In this document: positions 38,154 to 50,232 of the stretch, piece by piece
How positions within the stretch are numbered: position 1 is the first letter of the stretch
Layout: each line of letters begins with the position of its first letter
From: Mobula birostris
Lineage: Eukaryota
Length of the DNA: 64,000 nt
Assembly (NCBI RefSeq): GCF_030028105.1
Contig: NC_092382.1
Span: forward strand, 1,674,001-1,738,000
Direction of reading: 5' to 3'
Translations under genes and position numbers: made by a program
Notes under the pieces: model-generated
Told to the model about the DNA's origin: nothing
The model's input: only the letters and a program-made list of their open reading frames with translations
The model's database searches: none

Positions 38154-38773
38154 TTGACACCAGTCAGATGTTGTTTAGACCTCAGATAGAGTCAGCGATG
38201 AAATGGTTGAGTATGGTGCGATGAATGTGCTGAGCTATGTACATCACAATGCAAGAAGCATCGTAGGAAAGCCAGATGAGCTCAGGACGGGGAATTATCA
38301 TATTGTACCTTGGTTTTCAAGAGATATTGAGGCCCCGAATATTTTGTTCCTCTAAATACCTCAGACTGTTGGGTGCTACCAAGACTCATTAATGACTACA
38401 ATATCATAATTCCACCCCCTGAGCTCATCTGACTTTTTTTAATCATCTTCTGTTGGTTTCTAAAATCTTTCCAGCAGTTTTTGCTCTTTTGTTTGCCCTC
38501 TCTTTGGGTGTTATATTGGCATTGGCTTCTCATTTCATCCACAGTTGTGTCCTCCTGCCTTTCCAATGCTTCCACTTCTTTGGGATGTATCCCGAATTGT
38601 TCCCAGAAACTCCAGCCATTGCTGCTCCATTGTCACTCCTACCTTTTCCCTTCCAACCAAGTTTGGCCAGCTTCTCTGTCATAGAAACATGGAGAAGTTC
38701 AGTATGGAAACAGGGTATTTGGCCCATCAAGTCAATTCCGAATAAATATTTAAGCTGTCCAATGCAACTACCT

Positions 38774-39164
38774 TGCCTCTGTTGTATTTAAGTATAAACT
38801 TTGCTAGGGTGTCCCATTTTCTTGGAGAGCAGCACAGCCTGGATGTTGGGCAGGACGCCACCCTGGGTGGTAGTAACCCCTCCCAGCAGTTTATTGAGCT
38901 CCTCGTCATTGCAGATAGCGAGCTGTAGGTGGCGGGGAATGATCCTGGTCTTCTTATTGTCTCGAGCAGCGTTGCCTGCCACCTCCAGAATTTCAGCCGT
39001 CAGGTATTCTAGCACTGCCGCTAGGTAGACAAGCATGGCATAGTGACCCTTCCGTAGGAGCCGATGGATACGCCCCACAGAAAACTGCAAACCAGCCCGA
39101 GAAGAGCGAGTCATGCCATGACCTGACATGATCAAAGAGCTCCTTCACGCCCGAAACGAGAATG
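38774..39164 (-). pseudogene. H2A: Histone H2A retrocopy (ORF 38788-39129 open, with two in-frame deletions)
   Basis: [61 protein letters not shown]; 13-bp TSD AATGCAACTACCT at 38761-38773 and 39165-39177; empty site at 14614-14626. Confidence 0.92.
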
Positions 39165-40426
39165 AATGCAACTACCTGCACTGGGACCATCGCCCTCCAT
39201 TCCCCTACCATCCAGGCTCCCAAACAAACTTCTTTTAAATGGTGAAACCCAGCTCATATTCACCACTTCTGCTGGTGTTTCATTCCACACTCTCACGACC
39301 ATAGCAGTGAAGAGCTTTTCCAAATGTTGCTGCTAAATTTTCACCTTCCCCACTTACCCATGACCTCTAGTTGTCATCCCACCCAACCTCAGTGGAAAAA
39401 GCTGCTTGCATTTACCCTATCTATACCCTCATAATTTTGTATACTTCCGACAAATCTTCAAAGCAATGTATAATTTCCTTGTTTATGTTTAGAGCCCTTT
39501 TTAGTGTATAAGATGTTGAGGGGCATTGATCATGTGGATAGTCAGAGGTTTTTCTTCACAGCGCTGAAATGACTAATATGAGGGGACATAGTTTTAAGGT
39601 GCTTGGAAATAGGGACCAAGGGGATGTCAGGGGTAAGTTTTTTTACACAGAGAGTGGTGGGTGCGTGGAATGCACTGCCGGATATTTGTGTGAGAGTGTT
39701 TCAGTTCCTGTGGGGCCAGTCGCCCATGCAGCTCAGTGCGAACAGGGAATAATACCAATGGAGAGAGTCAAACTGAGCCAGGTCACAGACTGGAGATGGC
39801 AGAAATGCCCCATTCTTATAGAGACAGGAAGAGCATCAGAGAGTTTGATGGTCACTCCAGATAGCAGCACTGTGCCCAGTTAGAAGATGATTTCTCTCTC
39901 CGACTTGGGTTGAACTTCACTGGAACAGTGTGATGCCAGATCACACCTTGATAACTCAAGTGATCTCATCTGAAATGTTGTCGTACACCCATTGATGGAT
40001 TTTGTAAATCTTTTTACAGGTCAAAAATGAGAAGGAATTCGTCTCCGGGAATCTCAAACACAACACGCCACTTTTGCTGTCTCTGTCCAGATATTTAAGA
40101 AGTGGAGCAAGGGATTCACTCGATCATCCTTCCTGCACAGACTATGGGGAGGAATTCACTCGATCATCTGACCGACTGTCATGCTCATCATTTTACACGG
40201 GGGGAGCCCATTCATCTGGTCAGACAGTGGGAATGGATTCACTCCGTCATCTCAACTGAAGGTACATCAGCAAGTTCACACCGGGACAAGGCCATTCAAC
40301 TGTTGTGTGTGTGAGAAAGGATTCAGTCGGTCTTCCCACCTGTGGACACACCAGTCAGTTTACACTGGGCAGAGGTTGGTCATCTGCTGAATCTGCGGGG
40401 AAGGATTCACTTGGTTATCTGACCTA

Positions 40427-41281
40427 ATGGCTCACCAGCGAGTTCACACCGGGGAGCAGCCGTCCACCTGCTCAGACTGTGGGAAGGGATTCACTATGTC
40501 ATCTCAGTTACTGAGACACCAGTCAGTTCACTCTGAGGAGAGGCCATTCACCTGCTCGGACTGTGGGAAGGGATTCACTTGCTCATTTAATCTGAAGGTA
40601 CATCAGCGAGTACACACTGGAGAGAGGCCGTTCAGCTGCTCAGACTGTGGGAAGGAATTCACACAGTTAGCTAACCTACAAGCACACCAGTCAGTTCACA
40701 CTGGGGAGCAGCCGTTCACCTGCTCAGTTTGTGGGAGGGGATTCAGACAGTCATCCCAACTGAAGGTACATCAGCGAGTTCACACTGGAGAGAAGCCGTT
40801 CACCTGCTCAGACTGTGGAAAGAGATTCACACAGTTAGCTAATCTACAAGCACACCAGTCAGTTCACACTGGGGAGAAGCCATTCACCTGCTCAGTGTGT
40901 GGGAAGGGATTCACTCAGTCATCTCACCTGAATGTACATCAGCGAGTTCACTGTGGAGAGAGGCCGTTCATCTGCTCAGACTGTGGGAAGGGTTTCACTC
41001 AGTCATCCAACCTGCTGGTACACAAGTCTGTTCACACTGGGGAGTGGCCATTCACCTGCTCAGACTGTGGGAAGGGATTCCATTTCTCATCTCAACTGAA
41101 GGTTCATCAGAGAGTTCACACGGGGGAGAGGCCGTTCACCTGCTCAGACTGTGGGAAGAGATTCACTCAGTCATCCACCCTATTGAAACACCAGTCAATT
41201 CACAGTGAGGAGAGGCCATTCACCTGCTCAGTTTGTGGGAAAGGATTCACTCGATCATCTGATCTACAGATACATCAGTGA
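40427..41281 (+). CDS. C2H2 zinc-finger protein paralog B, 284 aa, 9 complete fingers, prematurely terminated (possible pseudogene)
   Basis: Acceptor tttttacag| at 40019/40020; TGA replaces CGA in HQ*VH of finger 10; degenerate fingers continue to 41455 and after 43955; AATAAA at 44799-44804. Confidence 0.8.
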   Translation: MAHQRVHTGEQPSTCSDCGKGFTMSSQLLRHQSVHSEERPFTCSDCGKGFTCSFNLKVHQRVHTGERPFSCSDCGKEFTQLANLQAHQSVHTGEQPFTCSVCGRGFRQSSQLKVHQRVHTGEKPFTCSDCGKRFTQLANLQAHQSVHTGEKPFTCSVCGKGFTQSSHLNVHQRVHCGERPFICSDCGKGFTQSSNLLVHKSVHTGEWPFTCSDCGKGFHFSSQLKVHQRVHTGERPFTCSDCGKRFTQSSTLLKHQSIHSEERPFTCSVCGKGFTRSSDLQIHQ

Positions 41282-41455
41282 GTTCATACTGGGGAGAGGC
41301 CATTCACCTGTTCAGACTGTGGGAAGGGACTCACTTGCTCATCTCAACTGAAGGTATATCAGCGAGTTCACACTGGAGGGAGGCCATTCACCTGCTCGGT
41401 GTGGGAAGGGATTCATTCGGTTATCCAACCTACAGAGAGACCCGCGAGTTCATAC

Positions 41456-43954
41456 AAAGAGCTAACTTGTTCAACCTTTCTTTGTAACTCTGGTGCTGAA
41501 ACCCAGGTAACATTCCAGTAAATCTCCTCTGTACTCTCTCTATTTTGTTGACATCTGTCCTATAATTCGGTGACCAGAACTGTATGCAATACTGCAAATT
41601 TGGCCTCACCAATGCCTTGTACAATTTTCACATTACATTTCAACTCCTATACTCGATGCTCTGATTTATAAAGGCCAGCAAACCAAAAGCTTTCTTCACC
41701 ACCCTATCCACATGAGATTCCACCTTCAGGGAACTATGCACCATTATTCCCAGATCCCTCTGTTCTGCAGCATTCTTCAATGCCTTACCATTTACCATGT
41801 ATGTTCTTATTTTGATTAGTCCTACCAAAATGCAGCACCTCACACTTATCAGCATTAAACTCCATCTTCCATCTTTCAGCCCACTCTTCTAACTGGGTCC
41901 AGTCCTCTAAATGGGTCCAGTCTTCTAAATGGGTCCAGTCCTATCCTTCTAACTGGCCTAAATCTCTCTGCAAGCTTTGAAAACCTACTTCATTATCCAC
42001 CACTCCACCTATCTTAGTATCATCTGCATACTTACTAATCTAATTTACCACCCCATCATACAGATTATGAATATATTGACAAACAACATTGGACCAGTAC
42101 AGATCCCTGAGGCACACCACTAATCACCGGCCTCCAACCTGGCAAACAGTTATCCACCACCACTCTCTGGCATCTCCCATCCAGCCACTGTTGAATCCAT
42201 TTTGCTACTTCAATATTAGTACCTAGACAACATCCACCGCTTTATCTTCGTCAATTTTCCGAGTAACTTCTTCAAAAAATTCAATAAGATTGGTCAAACA
42301 TGACCTTCCACGCACAAATCCACGTTCACTATCCCTAATCATACCTTGTCTTTCCAGATAATTATATATACCATCTCTCAGAATACTTTAATTTAACCAC
42401 CACTGACGTCAAACGCACAGGCCAATAATTTCTGGGTTTACTCTTAGAACTCTTTTTAAATGATGGAACCGCCTGAGCATTACGCCAATCCTCCGGCACT
42501 ATCCCCGTTTCTAATGACATTTGAAATATTTCTGTCATAGTCCCTGCTATTTCTACACCAACTTCCCTCAAGGTCCGAGGGATATCCTGTCAGGACCTTG
42601 AGACTTATCCACTTTTATATTCTTTAAAAGCACCAGTACTTTCTCTTCTTTAAACATCATAGTTTCCATAACTACCCTTCTTGTTTCCCTTACCTTACAC
42701 AATTCGATATCCTCCTTCTTAGTGAATACCGAAGAAAAGAAATTGTTCAAAATCTCCCCCATCTCTTTTGGCTCCGCACATAGCTGTCCACTCAGATTCT
42801 CTAAGGGACCAATTTTATCCCTCACTATCATTTTTCTATTAATATAACTGTAGAAATCCTTTGGATTTATTTTCACCTTACTTGCCAAAGCAACCTCACA
42901 TCTTCTTTTAGCTTTTCTAATTTCTTTCTTAAGATTCTTTTTTACATTCTTTATATTGCTCAAGCACCTCATTTACTCCATGCTGCCTATATTTATTGTA
43001 GGTCTCTCTCTTTTTCCGAACCAGGTTTCCAATATCCCTTGAAAACCATGGCTCTCCCAAGCTTTTAACCTTTCCTTTCAACCTAACAGGAACATAAAGA
43101 TCCTGTACACTATAATTTCACCTTTAAATTACCTCCATTTCTCTATTACATCCTTCCTATAAAACAAATTGTCCCAATCCACTCCTTCTAAATCCTTTTG
43201 CATCTCCTCAAAGTTAGCCTTTCTGTAATCAAAAATCTCAACCCTGGGTCCAATCCTATCCTTCTCCATAATCATGTTGAAACTAATGGCATTGTGATCA
43301 CTGGACCCGAAGTGCTCTCCAACACATACCTCCGTCACCTGACCTATCTCATTTCCTAACAGGAGAGCCAACACTGCCCCTTCTCTAGTTGGTACCTCTA
43401 TGTATTGCTGCAAAGAACTATCCTACACACATTTTCCAAACTCCAAACCATCCACCCCTTTTACAGAATGGGCTTCCCAGTCTATGTGTGGAAAATTAAA
43501 ATCTCCCACTATCACAACCTTGTGCTTACTACAAATATCTGCTAACTCCTTACAAATTTGCTCCTCCAATTCTTGCTCCCCATTAGGTGGTCTATAATAC
43601 ATCCCTGTAAGTGTTACTACACCTTTCCCATTCTTCAATTCCACCCAAATAGCCTCTCTAGATGAGCCCTCTAATCTATCCTGCCAAAGCACTGCTGTAC
43701 TATTTTCTCTGACAAGCAATGCAACACCTCCCCCTCTTGCCCCTCCGATTCTATCACACCTGAAGCAACGAAATCCAGTAATATTTAGTTGCCAATCACA
43801 CCCCTCCTGCAACCATGTTTCACTAATAGCTACAGCACCATATTTCCAGGTATCAATCCATGCTCTAAGCTCATCCACCTTTCTTACAATGCTCCTAGCA
43901 TTAAAATAGATGGATTTAAGAAACTCCCCACCTCTTACTCTCTGTTTATCCCCA
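41456..43954 (-). mobile_element. CR1 LINE (endonuclease plus RT) inserted in the ZNF B exon, lacking its 3' end
   Basis: YFNARS, ISETWL, YRPP, GDFNFP, SDHN and LQYCIQFWSP motifs; homology stops at YKERLNKL. Confidence 0.92.
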
Positions 43955-45469
43955 AGTTCACACTGGGTAGTGGCCAATCTCCTGCTCAGACTTTAGGAAG
44001 AGATTTTCTCAGCCAGATCAACCATTATTGAGTTCAGACTGTTCAGAGGTCGTTCACCTGCTGTGAATGTGGGAAGCCATTCACTCAGTCACCTAACCTT
44101 ATGTAACTCTCGATTTGGCTGGCAGCTTAATATGGGGGGTGATAGACCCACAACCCGGCCAAGCTTAAGAAATCTCGTTTGGGTGGATGCTGCGTGATGT
44201 GTCCCCTGTTAAAAACCAGTACCCTGAAATAACAAACAGTGCACAATAGGCGATTAAATGATTGAGCTTTATAATTCTTACTTTGACTATAGGGTTATTA
44301 AAGAAACAAAAAATAAAGAAAAAGGGCCCACTCTCTCTATTTGCGTCTTCTCATCTCTCCCCGTCAAAAGACCGCAAAAATCTCTCTTCCAGACTCAGAA
44401 GAAAGAACAACATTTCTCCCATTGGATAGCCCTGCATTCCAAAACCCTGTTATCTCCAGTCGTAACATAAACATTACTGCTACAGAGAAACCATTACCTC
44501 AGCAGTGAAACATTACAAAGAAGCCATTACATTAGCAGTGAAACCTTACAGCATGTTATTTGTGACACACTACCGGGTTCACACTGGGGAGCAAGTTTCA
44601 ATAAGCTGCTTGCTGGGTATTTGTCCATCACCGTTGCTGAATGCAATTTCGAGAGTGACAGTCGGTGTTGAACTCTGCAATTATCGCTGTTGCTCACCAC
44701 ACCCAGTCTGCACCCTGGTCACTGGGCATGGGAGGAGTTTCTTCTGTTGCATATTCTGCTTTAATGGGACAGGAGTTTATTATTTTGGATCTGAGACAAA
44801 TAAATCAGTTCTATTTTAAACTCTGTCTCCAATACTTAGTGAATTTATAACACAACTTGTGTATAGTAGAGAGTCAACTCAGGCCGGCTGGACACTGCCA
44901 GTGATTCTGTTCCACAACAGTCCCTTTAAATCCTCCCCTGTTGTTCCCTTCTTGCTCTCGCTGTGCGATGGGTTCGAAATAGTCACCACTCTGTGGGTGA
45001 AGAGGTTTTCCTTGAATTCTCTGCAGACTGAAAAAGTCGAGCTGGCTGCAGTTCTATCTGACATGTTCTTCACCCTTGAAATCTCTGGGCTGAGGAAGAA
45101 TGACATTGGGAGTTAACCTCCTTATTCTGGGCTCATTTGCACATTATGGGTCATTTTTCTCTGCTTCTAAAGGGTTGTTAGAAAACACCACTGGCCTCTG
45201 AAGACTGAAAACAGAATGGGAAACCATTAGTTAGATGTTCAACGGAGCAGGGTCAGAAACCAGAGGCAGGTCTGCACAGGGCAGAGTTTGGGGCTCTGGA
45301 GGATGGTTGGGGTAAGAACATATGATGAGGAGAAAGGAATCAGCAGCGGGGCGTGGCAACGGATGACAAAGTAGCAACATTTGGAAGCTAATTGGCAGAG
45401 AAAATAATTAGTTTGTCTGACTGACACAAACAATTCCTGTGGTGAGGTGCTCCACCAGTCGAGGAACAT

Positions 45470-46265
45470 GTGTGTGTTGGGAATGGTTTTATCTATTGAG
45501 GGAATTGTTCCTGCTTGTTTATCCAGTAATATTATACCTGGATGGTTATTACAGATTGTCCTATCTGAAATAATGTATTGATTATCATATAAATTGAGAT
45601 TCTGTCCCTAACTGGATCAGGTTTGAATTTATGTTGCCTTAATGAAGTTACGGTGGTCATTCATGTGTTTCTATTTTAAAACAAGATTTTGGTGAATGAT
45701 ATTTGCTGCTTGATTGTACCTGCATAAGTAATTAAATTGAGTTATACTGCTGCAGGATTCTGGAATGTGTTGGATTGTGTCTGTTTTTTCTTGGCATTTT
45801 CTGCATTTATTGCCTTGTAGAAACATAAACATAGAAAATAGGTGCAGGAGTAGGCCATTCGGCCCTTCGAGCCTGCACCGCCATTCAGTATGATCATGGC
45901 TGATCATCCAACTCAGAACCCTGTACCAGCCTTCCCTCCATACCCCCTGATCCCTTTAGCCACAAGGGCCATAAGCATCGGCAGGATGTTTGTTTGTATT
46001 GTATGTATTTTTGATTTTTTTTATTGTTGACCATCTTGTCCTGTATTTCTGCAAGGAACACCCCATTTCAGGGAAGAGGTCTCCAACTCTCAGTCAGGTG
46101 CTCAATGCTTCCTTGTCAACATCTGCTCTGCTCAGATCGTTGGGATGTCTCCCATGGAGGGTCATACTCATTCCACTGGTTAATCTTTTCTTCCATAGTG
46201 ATGATTCATTTTTCTGAGTTAGCCTCTCACTTAAGTTTTCTGGTCTGTATTTTTTTATAGATTAT
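45470..46265 (-). mobile_element. R4/Dong-like (restriction-like endonuclease) non-LTR relic, split by a CR1 3' tip (45818-45972)
   Basis: The reverse complement gives LHGRHP, LRVGDLFPE, IQD, CRKC.....IQHI...C, Y..RYNQ.A.IIHQ.L and DRTI.NNHPGIILLDK (NRPD-like). Confidence 0.7.
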
Positions 46266-46269
46266 GAGA

Positions 46270-46935
46270 ACACTCAGTCGTCTTTTATTGTCATTTAGAA
46301 ATGCATGCATGCATTAAGGAATGATACAATGTTCCTCCATAGTGATAACACAGAAAACAGGACAAACCAAAGACTAATACTGACAGAACCACATAATTTT
46401 AACATATAGTTACAGCAGTGCAAAGCAATACCATAATTTGATGAACAGATTATTGGCATGGTAAAAAAAGTTTCAAGTCCCGATCAACTCCTGAATCCCT
46501 GATAGCAGGAGGCAAAAGGGAGAAACTCTCTGCCATAAACCTCCAAGGCACCGACAACTTGCCGATGCCTTGGAAGCAGCAGGACACAGCCGACCCCGAG
46601 TCCGTCCATCCGAAACCTTCGAGCCTCCGACCAGCCCCTCCGATACAGCCTCCCGAGCGCCATCCTCTGCCATGCGCCTTCGACCTCTCCCTGGCCGCTG
46701 AAACAAGCAAAGCCGAGGATTTCGGGGCCTTGAGCGCCGGAGATTCCAGTTACCACACAGTAGCAGCGGCAGCGAAGCGGGCATTTCAGAAGTTTTCCAG
46801 ATGTTCCTCCGTACTCTCTCGTCCGTCTCCATCAAATCAGAATTGTGCACTGTCCCTTACTTGACAGATTACAAATATCACTCACCGGAGAGGCCGTGCG
46901 CGCAGCGTCGCGCTGCTATCTTCTCCTCCTCCTAC
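46270..46935 (-). mobile_element. Unclassified short non-autonomous retroelement
   Basis: GC-rich 5' end (GGAGAAGATAGCAGCGACG on the minus strand) and an AT-rich 3' end with AATAAA near 46284-46289. Confidence 0.45.
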
Positions 46936-46939
46936 ACTC

Positions 46940-49364
46940 CTTTCGTCTGAAACTCATTTTGAACCAAACATTATTTCTGCCAGATTACCAAACTCAACAG
47001 TTTTGGAAAATATTGATGAGAAATTAGCTCATTTACTGTCAGAGCAGAGACAGTGGATGAAGCAGTTAATTTTTAAATATCGGGATTTATTTCCAGACGT
47101 TCCTAAAAGAACCACAGTAGCTTCGCATGCTGTAGATGTTGGAGATACAAAACCCATAAAGCAACATCCATATCGGATGAACAGGTGAAAATCTGAACTT
47201 CTTGAACAAGAAATTAAGTATATGTTAGAAAATACTATTATTAGACCTTCTAATTCGAATTGGAGTTCACCGTATGTTATGGTACCTAAGCCAGATAGTA
47301 GTATTAGATTTTTTACAGATTACAGGAAGGTGAATGCTGTGACAGAAACTGAATCGTATCCAATCCCTAGGGTAGATGATTGTGTAGACAAAGTTGGACA
47401 AGCAAAGTTCCATACAAAGATTGATTTGTTAAAAGGTTATTGGTGTGTTCCATTGACGGACAGAGGTAGAGAGATTTCTGCATTTGTAACCTTATCAGGG
47501 TTAGATGACTTCCCTTTGGGATGAAGAATGCACCAGGTACTTTCCAGTGAATGATTAACTCTGTAATTCAGGGGTTAAAAGACACAGATACTTACATTAG
47601 ATAGATAGATAAATATACTTTATTGATCCCGAGGGAAATGGGGTTTCGTTACAGCCGCACAACCAAGAATAGAGCATAAGTATAGCAGTACTAAATCCAC
47701 AAACAATCAAACAACAAAATGCAAACTATGCCAGATGGAAATAAGTCCAGGACCAGCCTGTTGGCTCAGGGTGTCTGACCCTTCACAGGAGGGGGTGCAA
47801 AGTTCGATGGCCACAGGCAGGAACAACCTTCCGTGACGCCCAGTGTTGTATCTCGGTGTAATATGGCGGAGTCCAACAGCAAAAAGTTCAATATCCGGTC
47901 TACAGACACGTTCCTCGATCATAATATGACCCGGATTGCATCATCCGTTGTTACAATCGAAGAACGTGTTTGTAGACTGGATATTGATGATTTAGTTACA
48001 GGAAATGATAATTGGAAAGCACATATTACTGAGAAAGTTTGAAAAGCTTTGAAAAGCTAACTGAACTATTAACTTAGCTGTAAGTGAATTTGGTCATGCC
48101 ACGGTGACTTATCTTAGTTATGTTGATCGTCCAGGCTTGGTTAAGTAAAGTGGTTAAGGAAACAAATCAAACTCCAATTCAGCAACAGAGTTTGATGTTT
48201 ATAGGAGTATAATATTTTGATAACTCATATTAAAGACAAAGATAATGTGATTGCTCACTGTCTATCTAGATGTTGAATGTACAATGTAATTTTTTTATGG
48301 AGTGGTATTTTAATATTTGTAACACACCTACTGGATATTAGTTTGTAAGGTGCTGTATGATAATACTGTGTCTATTGTGTAGGTTGTAAATGTTATACAT
48401 TTGTATTTTTTTGTAAATAGTTAATGTTAAAATTCTGTTCATATAAGTCAAACATTTCCCTTTCTGGAGGGAGGTGTTACATACCTCATGGGTGTCTTGT
48501 GACTGTCTTATCACCATGATGTAATTGGGTATCTCATGACCATGATGTAATGGTCTTGTGATGGTGGGATGATGTAATTTTCCCGCCGATGTGAGGTCAC
48601 GTGATGACATGTTATCACCAGGTATATAACGGGATCCCTGTTGTGATGCAGTTAGTTTTCAGTTTAGATCGTCAGTTACTCCGTTATGCTGCATATTCGT
48701 CTCATGACGCAGTTTCGTTTTCAAACGGAGTTTTAATTTCTATTGTAAAGTTACATCGTTGTGCCGGCAGTTTCACCAATCACTGCTACCTTTGTTGGTG
48801 TATTTTTTGATCTACCTTTACAGTAGTATTGGAGAGTGAAGACCTTACGAAAGGACGGGAAACTGAAGGATCGGAATAAAGTTGGAGTCATTCCGCGGTT
48901 TAATGAAGGATCGACCTTATTGAGGATTCGTTCAGAAAAGCGACCTGTATCTGAGATAACTCCTGCAAGATCAGGGAAGTTTGTGCAGTGTCCAGTTGCC
49001 AGAAAAAGGTCAGTTCCTTTAAGCCGTTTTATTTCCTTCGTCGTGAATCCTTTGGAGAATCAGCAGTAACTTCACATCTTCGAAGAAATCGGTTTCCAGA
49101 GAAGTCTCTCCTTATTGACTGGGCAAATCACCTGGACTTTCGAATTTACCACTTTAAGACTGCGTTCGAATTTACCACTTTAAAAACTGTTTTGGAATTT
49201 ACTTTTTTAAGAACTGTTCCCGAGTTTCTGTACAGCTGTTAACTTCCAGTTAATTTAGTCGTTGGAATACTTTTCTCTATTATTGAGCAGAGTTTAAATA
49301 ATGTTTATGTTTGTTTATAAAACCCTGACTCAATTCTATATTCATTGTTGCCGGTCACATGACA
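46940..49364 (+). mobile_element. Second Gmr1-like Gypsy element, 5'-truncated (RT, PPT, 3' LTR 48475-49364)
   Basis: ORFs 47003-47188 and 47222-47524 are homologous to 15836-16704; PPT TGGAGGGAGG at 48465-48474; TG...CA LTR related to 14646-15527. Confidence 0.9.
47599..47982 (-). mobile_element. Non-autonomous Rex1-like (TATC-tailed) insert within the Gmr1 RT YIDD motif
   Basis: (TAGA)n at 47598-47611; homologous to 30805-31165; host RT reads DTDTYI | DDLVTG across it. Confidence 0.75.
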
Positions 49365-49369
49365 CTATA

Positions 49370-49870
49370 TAGTGTTGGAAGTCTAATATTGAAAGGTCAA
49401 GATAAAGTGGATGTGGGGATGTCAATTTAGAACGGAAGTGAGGATTTATTTCGCCAGCGAATAATGAAATGGTGAAGTTCATTGACACCGTTGGCTGCTG
49501 CCACCAGTCGCTGGGTGTACTTAAAGTGGAAGTTGATATATTCTTGACAAGTCAGGGCATGAAAGGAGAGACGGAGGGGTGCAGAGACAGTGAGACAGAG
49601 GGGGAAATGGATCAGCCATCATCTAATGACTGAGCAGATTCGAGACAAATGGCCGAATTCTGCTCCTAACTCTTATGGCCTTGTGGTTTGAGACAGAACA
49701 GTGATAGTTGCTCAGGCAGAACTCGGGTGGTGAAACAGGTGTACGAGGCTGGCCTTCATCGGTCAGGACACAGAATTAAGTTCTGGGGATGACACACTAC
49801 AGCTGTACAAGACGTCAGTGAGGCCACTGTTGGATTATTCTGTGGTTCTGATCGAGCAGCTGTAGGAAGG
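49370..49870 (+). mobile_element. Old CR1 fragments
   Basis: Decayed CR1 3' end (ggatcagccat...aaatggccgaattctgctcc) and LQLYKT.VRP.LDY remnant. Confidence 0.55.
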
Positions 49871-50232
49871 CTGTGGGATAAAGTAGATGGAGTCACCACT
49901 GTGTTTGACCTGTGCCACAGTATCACTCTGTGCCCACACTGGGGATAAAATGAGGTGTAGGATCACACTCTGTGGGGGTGACGTAGAGAGAGTTTAGATG
50001 GTCACTTACCAGTGACTTGAGAGAGAACAATCAAATTCCCAATATCCGATTGCAGTGTCCGAAGCCTTTTTAACAAATAACCCCATCAGCGTCTTGTCAA
50101 ATTCCATAAACGCAGCCCTGAGAAGGCTTGCGGTCTCATTGGGAGTGCGGATGGTTGGAGTAAATATGAAAAGGTGGTTGTCCCATTGAGTGTGCGGGTA
50201 GTGGGAATAAATGGAAATGGGTGGGGTTTGGT

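Larger units (their letters stand above)
32650..44810 (+). repeat. Tandem segmental duplication unit B (zinc-finger gene unit)
   Basis: Colinear with unit A apart from unit-specific insertions. Confidence 0.95.
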
